Under the pieces are notes generated by a model. The model searched no databases. It was given only the letters and a program-made list of their open reading frames with translations, and had not been told where the DNA came from. Below, piece by piece: positions 54,972-64,000 of a stretch of DNA of 64,000 nt. The position numbers and the translations under genes were made by a program. Position 1 is the first letter of the stretch. Every line of letters starts with the position of its first letter. The stretch is from Eledone cirrhosa (taxonomy: Eukaryota): contig OZ024743.1 of NCBI GenBank assembly GCA_964016885.1, positions 148,242,001-148,306,000 of the forward strand, read 5' to 3'.

Positions 54972-56933
54972 ATGGCTGAGCCACGCCCCCCAGCGATATG
55001 TCTGCTGTCGTGCGACAACGACGTAGAAGTTGAGAGGAGCACTACGGCGAAATTAACAGAAATTGATAGAACAGACACCACCACAAACAATGTAAACAAA
55101 GACACCAATGATAGCAACAGTGAGAACTCTAATTTTGAAAAAAAATGACAGTAACAGTGACAACGAAAATACAGATAACAAAAAAAATGACATATGCAAC
55201 AACAATATCAACACCACTAACATGAAAACAAATAGCGACAACACCAACAGCAACACTACCAACTGCACCGAGAACAACAGTGGCACCAAAGACAACAATG
55301 ATAACAGCGACAGTGATAACAACGACAACAACAACAACACCCCAACAACAACAAGAAGAACACTTTCGCTGCGGAAGCAGCAAAAAAGAGGCCATGCGTC
55401 AACATGGACCTCTCAAACAAAGATAAAAGGTTGGCCCAGGCTTGCAAGCTCATCAAGCAAGAGCAAACCTGGGCAACTTAACTGTTCCGGTAAAAGCTAT
55501 TGAGGCAGTAGGGCGCAGAACGGTGCATTATAGATACATCTCAGCAGAAACCAAAAGGGCAGCTTTAATCCAACAAGCAGATGACGAAGTCGCGCTGAGG
55601 TGCATCAGAGAAGACACCGAATACATAGCGAGGGGCAGACAGTACGGCACCATTTCGGTGCTGTTGAAGTCAGAAGCCCTCGCTATGAAACACGCTATGA
55701 CTCCTTGCAAAACCAGCAAGGTCATAATGTACCCCTCCTACATGGGAAAAAGAACGGCCCGTCTCCGCATTCCAAGAATCCCACCAGGACTTGACATGTG
55801 GTGGCTTCTGGGATGTGTGATTGTGGAGGGGACGGATACCGTCCCGATAGAAGTGGCCAGAACGACCAGAGAGGACTGGTCCGGGGTTGACCTGGAGATC
55901 CGTCTCCAGATAAGGCCCGAGAATGTGAAGACCATCCCTGACCACATCCGCCTTCAGAATGGGACGGTCATTCATATTATGACCGAGGGCAAAGGCCGCA
56001 TTGTTTTGTTTGTGAAGAAAAACACATTTGCGAGCCTTCTGCCCCCAACTGCTGAAAGATGCAAGGGATCGAAAGGCTCCACTGCTGCCGACGCCGAAGA
56101 GAGGACCACAAACAACACCAGCACCGGCAAAACCACCAACAACAACACCAATAGAAAGACCACCACCAACATTGACCACCCAGGGGGGGGGGGGACAATG
56201 AAAGTTGTCAAATTCCCCCTCCCCTCCAAAATACACACACCAATAAAAACATAAACACACACACAGACACACTTACAGACACAGACCCCATCTACCAGTA
56301 GTGAAAATGAGGGAAAACCAATATCCCCCAAAATACAAAAAAGGAAACAAAAAGGAAAAATAAACTCAAAACACAAAATCACCCACAATAAAAAATGCAG
56401 TCACCACCCACGCAAACATCTCTCCAATAACACCAACATCAGCACCATCATCACCATCAACAGAATCCCCCAAACGCAAACAACCTAAACAGACGCAAGA
56501 ACAAATATACACACAAACACCTGAAACCACAGACACCGCACTCACAACAAACACAGATACAACCGAAACAACACCACCAAAACCATCACCACCACAGCCA
56601 CGCAAACAAATAAAATCACACCAACAAAACATACAACACTTCGCGCTCGTTAGGAGGGCCAACAAGGAACTGATGACCCTCGTAGCACGAAGTGAAAATA
56701 TACAAAAAGAGGGAGAAATTTTTAACTCGAGCACATTTCGCGTGCCGGAAGATTTGTTTCTGGTGCGAATGTCGCTCGATTTATACAAAGAGATACGTGA
56801 CAGCTTTCCTCGGTACGTGGGAACCACGAACGTAAAATCCACTTCAAGACTTTTAAAGGGGTTGCCAAAAGAAACCCCACCAACTTTGGAGGTCGAACCA
56901 CCCGACCTTCACAAGAGCCCGGAAGGTAAGTAA
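54972..56933 (+). pseudogene. LINE ORF1 (RRM-like + zinc knuckle), frameshifted
   Basis: RGRQYGTISVLL...SYMGKRTARLRIPRIPP; knuckle CFVCEE-THLRAFC across a frameshift; homologous to 60885-62551. Confidence 0.82.
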
Positions 56934-56965
56934 ACCTCCCCTCTCTCTCTTTTTAACCTGCCAAC

Positions 56966-59900
56966 ATGGCCGTATTAAGAGTAGGAAGTTTAAATGTTCG
57001 AGGCCTGGAATCGTGTTGGAAGCAGGGTCACCTGCTCAACGACCTCAGGTGTCTAGAAATGGATGTAATTACCGTCAGCAAGACCAGTATTTCCGACACG
57101 GGCGCACTAGCCCCCATTTTCGACGACTATCAGATCTTTGCATCTGTTAGGGGGCCGTTTGCATCTGTTAGGGGGCCTTTGCATCTGTTAGGGGGCAGTG
57201 CTGTTTAGGAAAGGCCTGGATCTCGAGTTAAGGTCAATCTTCCGGGACCCGGACGGGAAGTTGGTGGTCCTGGACGTGAAAAATAACGAATGTGGTGCCT
57301 TTAGACTGGTGGCCGTCTGGGGCAGGACTGTCGGACTTCTTTAGACGCCTGGAAGCCTTTCTGGGTACGTCTCGCCCTTTACTGTTATCGCGGGACTGGA
57401 ACGGTATCTTAGACGCACGCTGGGACTGTGTGGGTGTATCCGATAGGAGCGGGGTGTGCAAAAGCCTCAAGAACCTGATCAGTCATTTCCATCTGTCTGA
57501 CAGGTACCGGCTAGATTTCCCTAATGCGCCAGTGTGGACCTGGACTAACCGCATAGCGTCATCTAGATCGTATATAGACAGGATATTCATTAGGAAAATA
57601 GACAGAAATAGTGTAAGCTATCAACGTTTTGAAACGGTCGCCTATTCAGGACACAAGTTTGTGATCTGTATGGTCGACCTAGATAAGACGCGTAGGTTAG
57701 GACGTGGTTACTGGAAGCTAAACATGTCATTTCCGGCACGTAAGGCTTACAGGGAACAGGTCAACAATTTAGTTAAGAAAAAGTTGACAGGGGGAGTCGT
57801 CAACAATAGATGGTGGTGGGGTCTCAAAAAAGAGATTAGAGTAATGACGATAGAGTTTAGCAAAGAAGTAGCGTTAGAGAAAAATAGAAAGGAGAGGGAG
57901 TTGGTAGATAAGTTAGACGAGGTTATTGGTAGTGGCATTGCAACTGACGTGTAGCGGCGAGAATGGCATTAGACCATTTCTTCAATGCAAAACACGAAGG
58001 TTGCATTGTCAGAGCTAAGACGCGTGCTCAAAGAAACGAGGGAACCAAGCTTTTCAATGGGCCCGCGTGGCAGAGGCGCAGCGTGGTAATAAAACCACGA
58101 TTTGGTCTTTGACGGACCGATACGAACACGAGCTGAGCGATTCCATGCGCATGTGTGAGGCCTTTCGCCAACATTTTGCTCAGTTGTTCGGGGAAGTGGC
58201 GGGTAAGAGACGGTGGCGGACTTCAGTCCCTACCTCGATGGCTTGCCGCAACTCTCGACGGCTGACGCTGGGCGCTGCGAAAGGCCAATTACTTCAGCCG
58301 AGATTCAGAATGCCCTTGTCGGCTGCATGAGGCGCAAATCACCCAGTTTGGATGATCTGCCCTACGAGCTTTACGTAAATATGCCAGACTTGTTCTCTAA
58401 TCTACTCGAAGCCCTCTACTGCAACTGGCAACAAAACGGGAGTATTCCCAGTTCTTTGAGCCGGAGCGTAGTGACGCTGATAAGGAAAGACGAGAATAAG
58501 AGGGACACATTAGACAATTTCAGGCCCATATGTCTGCTCAACACAGAGTTTAAGATTTTGGCCAGGGTGTTAGCGAAAAGGTTGGCGCTTGTCGTCGGGG
58601 ATTTGGTTGGGGAGGCGCAAACTTGCGCAATCCCAACCAGGTCCATGCGCGACAACCTCCACCTAATGCGATACATTATAGAGAGGGTAGGGTGTAAACC
58701 TGGCTTGGATGGGGCTCTGATCAATTTAGATCAATCGAAAGCATTCGATAGGGTCGACCATTGGTACCTGGAGGCTGTCCTCAAGGCGGCTGGCTTCGGC
58801 CCCGTCTTCAGAAGCTGGATCGCTCCAATGCACAGCGGCACCTGCTCGGTGGTCAAAATTAATGGCCACCTCTCAGAACCGTTTCAGGTCTCCCGATCGG
58901 TCCGTCAAGTGTGCCCTCTCTCCTCCCTTTAGTACGCATTGACTCTCGAGCCTTTACTGCGGAAGCTGGAGCTGTTGCAGGGCATCCCGCTCGAACCGGG
59001 ACGCGGAAAGGTTGTGTCGGCTTATGCGGACGACATCACCGTGATGGTGCCGGACACCTCAGAAAACGAGGTGGTCGGCAACTTATTGGAGGAATATGAA
59101 AGGTTTGCGGGAGCAAAACTTAACCCGGAAAAGTCGGTGGGCTTGCAACTCGGCACCTGGAGAGGCAAGTCCATGCCGTCCAACAGCGTCGTTAGGCGCT
59201 GGACAGACGGACCGGTAAAGTTGTTAGGGGTTTGGTTCGGGCCATACATCCAGGTGGATAAGAATTGGGACGAGGTGACGGGCAGAGTAGTCAGTCTCAC
59301 CCAGAAATGGGCTGGGATGAAGCTATCACTGAAAGGTCGGGCGGAGGTGGCGAACGCGTACATCGCGTCCGTTTTCTACTACCGTCTGACTGTCGTCCCT
59401 TACCCCCGTTCGCACTTCGCCATCTAGGAGCGGCTCCTCTTCAAATTCTACTGGAGGGGTCAGGTTCCGCTGGTGAGGCGGTCCATCTGCTGCCAGCACT
59501 CTCTACGTGGAGGGCTGGGCATGCCGTGGCTAATGATGCGCAGGCACGCGCTGAAGCTGCGGCATCTCCAGATATTCTGCCTAAACGGTGAACAGGTGTG
59601 GTCGCCGTTTGTCAGACGGGCCTTTCCGCAGCTCGTTTCTTTGACTTAGTTGCAGTCCTGGGTCAAGAAGAGACCGAAACTGGGTGACTGGCATCTGGAA
59701 TGTTGCCAGGCACTCACTACCCTCTAGCAGGCGGGCAATGCGGTCAGTGGAACTTCCACTCTCGAGTTCTATAGAGGATTAGTGGTGGGCAAGTGCGACG
59801 ACGCACTCGGAGAGGCTCTGGGAGTCAACGAAGTCGAACTAACCAGTCTGTACCGGAGGACTTTCGAGCCGGGGACCATGGATAATTTCCAAAAATCCCT

Positions 59901-60394
59901 CGCTTGGCAGTGCTACCGGGGGGCACTGCCGGTTCGAGATAAACTCTACAGGCACGGAAGTGCTGTCAGACGGACCTGCCCGAGATGCGCGCAGAGCGAC
60001 GAAACCGTTCTGCACGCACTCGTCCAGTGTCCGTGCATTACTGACTTGTGGAGTTATGTTGAACAGCTGTTGTCGCGTGTAGAACGGATCCGGCTATCGG
60101 CCGAGTCCATAGTGAAGATCGACCCGCCGCCTTCTTTTGACCAGGAAGGGCAGGCAATTTTCCTCTGTCTGGTGGCAGTAGCGAAAGAGGTTGTATGGTG
60201 GACAAAGGTTGAAAGGACTGAAGACAGACACTTTTCTCTTCGGCCAATCCCTCATCAAATTTTTCAAGTTTCACTTGGAGAGGAAGGTGAGGGTGGAGAG
60301 AGAAGTGCTGCCCCCCAGTACATTTGCTGAAAGGTGGGTGAATGTGGCGAGAAAGGCCCGTGTGAGTGGGCCTACTCTGGTCATGCGGCTGTAG
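56966..60394 (+). pseudogene. LINE ORF2: APE endonuclease + RT + zf-RVT, with stops and frameshifts
   Basis: GSLNVRGL, DWN, SRSYIDRIF, GYWKLN, NFRPICLLN, LDQSKAFDRVDH, SVRQVCPLS, AYADD, GGLGMP, CPRC..DETVLHALVQC. Confidence 0.95.
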
Positions 60395-60884
60395 GTAGGT
60401 AAATTTGAAGAGGAGAGGGGTGCCCTTCCAGGGTTCTCTCGAAGCGTCGGGTCGTTCAGGACTGGTGGGGTACCTGAGCGAACCCTAGGTGGTCATCCCC
60501 CCTATTGGGGAATGTTTTCTTGTTGTAATTTTCTTGTTACTTTGTTATTGTTACTTTGTTTATTCATATTGTTTACTCGATTTTTCTGTAAAACCCCACT
60601 GTCCCAGTCTTTTGTATTGTCCCCTATATGTCGGCCCTTGTGGCCAATAAATGAAATCATTATTATTATTATTATTATTGGCGACCTACGTAGTACATCG
60701 TATCATCGTGAGCTCCGCAAAGGTTTGTTATTTTCAGTTCTTAAAATTGCCATTCATGGAAAATTTTTATTGATAACTGTATATAAGTGCACATACATTA
60801 ATTTCTGAAAAGGGCACTCAAAAATATTGGGGCCTTGAGACCAAAATTTAAACTTTTTATAATTATCAAATTCTTTGAACAATA

Positions 60885-62551
60885 ATGGATGACTCAGAGT
60901 CACTCCTTCCTCACAATCCGACACCTCACACCGACACCACCATTGTAAATATTGGTACGTTTGCCAACACTGGAATTGTAAGCAATAGCAATATATTAAA
61001 TTTGTCTCAGGCAGACATTCATTTCCCGCCATTACCAATGACTGCAGGTAACTCAGGAGGAATTAGAAGAAGCCAAAGGAATGGTAAAGAAAGATGGGTA
61101 CAGGGTCAGCCCCCCCCTCCCCCCCACACACACACCTAATAAAATGGAGCAACGTCGCCTATGCACCGTGTCTTATCGGACATTTAACATAAAATCACGC
61201 CGAGTGGATCGGGCATCCGAGTCACAAATCCAAAAACTTTGGGACATGTGTGGGCAAATAAAACCCACATCAGACGTGGGCAGAAGTATGGAACCGTGGA
61301 CGTGTTCTTTGAAACACCACAGGAGGCCAGAGAACATTCCATGGCCCCATTAAGAAGTGACGATTTCACACTCGTCCAAAGCTATTGTGGCCAGAGACTT
61401 GTGAAGATCAGGGTGACCCACGTTCCACCGGCCATCGAAATTCCCTGGCTAATGGCTGCCGTCCTCGCCGGCATCGAGGCCAACACCAAAATAATAGAAA
61501 TAGCAAAAAAAAGCAGGAGAACTGGTCCTGATCTGGGTTGGAGCTCCTGATCCAAGCGGACGATAAACGCATTGAGGAGATCACAGAGGTAATAGACCTC
61601 ACTGAAGGCAGCCACCTCACCGTAATCGTCGAGCGCAGAATACCTAGGTGTGTCGTTTGTGGTGAAGGAACCCACCTAAGGGCTTTCTGCCCTCAGGTTA
61701 AAAGGTTGAGGCCACCTCTCTTACCCACCCCAGTGACTCAACCATCAACACCACCAGCAGCAGAAATGGCAGCAACAACTGTAGCAGCAACAACAGAAGC
61801 AACTGTAACAGCAACAACCCCAGCAACAGTAGCAAAACCAACACCACCACCACCCAATGCCCCAGAACTAGCACCAGCGCCTACACGATCCACCACGCCA
61901 CAACCAAAACCATCGCCTGTGGAGGATTTTCCACTCCCCGGCTTATCGCAACTGGAGACAGATTGTGACGACGAGGAGTGAGAAACGGTATCAGGAAAAA
62001 AGAAAAAAAGGAAACCAAAAAAGAAAAAATTCTCTTCCTTCCCCCTCCAAAAACAAAATACAGAGGGAAACTAATAAATTATCGAACAAGAAAGTTAAGA
62101 CAGATATGCCACCATCCACACCAGCATCACCAACCCCATCACCACAAACACCAACACCATCACCATCATTAACCCCAACACCACCATCACCAACACCACA
62201 AAAGTCACCAAAAAGCGTAATAGAAACAAACCCACAACAAACGCAAACAAAACAAAACAACCAAAACGATACACACTACACAGCATTAAATTTGAACACT
62301 ACATGCAACACAACACCAGCATCACAGAAAAAGACTACACAACAACCCCAAAATTCACACCACCTCCAAACATACAAATCACTCGCATCACACAGAAAAC
62401 GTACACGAAACTAAAACAAAAATTCCCCAAAGACATCGGAGACTTCCGACAAACACTCTCCAGGAGGATTTATGAGGACATCCTTCCGGAGGAGGCCACA
62501 AGTAGTGAAAAGGATGGACAAACCATCCTCCCTCTCCGAGAAGTAAGGTAA
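60885..62551 (+). pseudogene. LINE ORF1 (RRM-like + CCHC knuckle), frameshifted
   Basis: RRGQKYGTVDVFF...SYCGQRLVKIRVTHVPP; CVVCGEGTHLRAFC (CX2CX4HX4C); Pro/Thr-rich tail. Confidence 0.85.
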
Positions 62552-62585
62552 GTGGTCTTTCCCATCTTTTCCACTCCATTTCAAC

Positions 62586-64000
62586 ATGACCTCACTCAGA
62601 ATAGGCAGCATAAATGCGCGTGGCTTGGGGTCGTCATGGAAGCAGGGCCACCTGCTCAACGACCTCAGGTCACTAAACATAGATGTAGTGGCCATCAGCG
62701 AGACCAGAATCTCCGAAGCACGGGCCTTCGCACCGATCTTCGGCGGCTACGATGTGTACGCATCTCCCAGCCGTCCGAGATCGGGGGTGTAGTTGCTGTG
62801 CTTTTTCGGCGAGGTTTGGATCTCGCCATACGGGCCATCTTCCTGGACCCAGAAGGTAAGTTGGTGGTGCTAGACGTGACCAGCGGAGACGGGCAAGCTT
62901 TCAGGCTAGTGGCCGTCTATGCCCCGACAGGAGCAGGGCGGCCTGATTTCTTCCGGCGTCTGGAGACCTTTCTTGGAACGTCCCGCTCTTTAGTGTTAGT
63001 GGGCGACTGGAACGGGATCTTAGATGCACGCTGGGACTGTGTCGGATTAGCGGATAGGGGAGGAGGGTGCAAGAGCCTCACCAACCTGCTCAGGCGTTTT
63101 GAACTGTCTGACAGGTACCGATTGAATTTCCCTAATGTGCCAATGTGGACTTGGACAAATCGTATAGGGTCATCAAGATCATATCTAGATAGAGTATTTT
63201 GTAGAGAAATAGATAGGTCTAGCATAGGCTGTCCACAATTCAAGATATTCAGCTACACGGACCACAAATTCGTGATCTGTGTGCTTGACTTAGATAGGCT
63301 TCATAGACGATGACCCGGCTACTGGAAGCCAAAAGCGTCCTTACCAGCGCGAAAGGACTACAGAGACCGGATTAGCGAACTAGTTAAGCGGGCGTTGACG
63401 GGGGCCATCGTCAACAACAAGTGGTGGTTTGCTCTGAAAAGAGCAATTAGAATAGAGTCCATTAGGTTTAGTAAGGCTTTAGCAATAGAGAAAATTAGAG
63501 CAGAGGGAGAATTATTTAGAAAATTAGACGAGGCGCTTAGCAAAGGCATCGCGACCGACGTACTTGCGGCGAAATTGGCCTTGACAAATTCTTCAATGCA
63601 AAGCACGAAGGCTGCGTTGTCAGAGCTAGGGTGCGTGCTCTCAGACACGAGGGAACAAAAGCCGTTCAATGGGCCCGAGTGGTTGAGGCGCGTCGTGGCA
63701 TCAAAGCCACGATCCGGTCTTTGGTGGACCACGACGGGCGCATGCTACTCGATCCCGGGCAAATGTGTGAAGCTTTTCAGCGACACTTCGCTCAGCTGTT
63801 CGGGGGCAGCGGTGGGCCGGATCGAGGGATGGACTTTAGTGTCTACCTCGACGGACTGCCGCGGCTCTCGGCCACTGAGGCGGAGTGTTGCGAAAAGCCG
63901 ATAACAGCCGCTGAAGTAAGGGAGGCAATGACTGGCTGCACAAGGGGTAAATCGCCTGGTTTGGATGGTCTGCCCTATGAACTTTACGTACAGATGCCAG
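62586..64000 (+). pseudogene. LINE ORF2 5' part (APE endonuclease, start of RT)
   Basis: MTSLRIGSINARGL...AISETR...VYAP...VGDWN...SYLDRVF...TDHK...GYWK...KSPGLDGLPYELY. Confidence 0.93.

Larger units (their letters stand above)
54759..60658 (+). mobile_element. Full-length L1/Tx1-like LINE (disrupted), flanked by (ATT)n
   Basis: 5' UTR, ORF1, ORF2, and 3' UTR with AATAAA at ~60646. Confidence 0.95.
60680..64000 (+). mobile_element. Second, diverged L1/Tx1-like LINE in tandem (runs off the window)
   Basis: Starts right after the (ATT)n tail of the previous copy; ORF1 and ORF2 are homologous to it. Confidence 0.95.

Overview
AT-rich, microsatellite-saturated animal genomic DNA; the repeat style suggests an octopod cephalopod (my inference, from recalled SINE/RTE motifs). 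No intact host CDS is evident and almost all short ORFs in the track are microsatellite artefacts. The window is a retroelement graveyard with: three large Penelope-like elements (PLEs; RT + C-terminal GIY-YIG) and two decayed PLE fragments; four L1/Tx1-like LINE copies; two R4/Dong-like and one HERO-like RLE LINE pieces; RTE and CR1-like fragments; and tRNA-derived SINEs. The most striking signal is non-coding. I read about 20 type I hammerhead ribozyme (HHR) motifs from roughly nine sequence families, including a compensatory U3-A8 core variant and U4 variants. Most sit in short inserts between (TA)n tracts that often form head-to-head inverted repeats. Two divergent ~455-485 nt non-coding HHR monomers (44150-44690, 51185-51845) look like a retrozyme-like family mobilised by PLEs. 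All calls and coordinates are by eye; no searches or folding programs were run.
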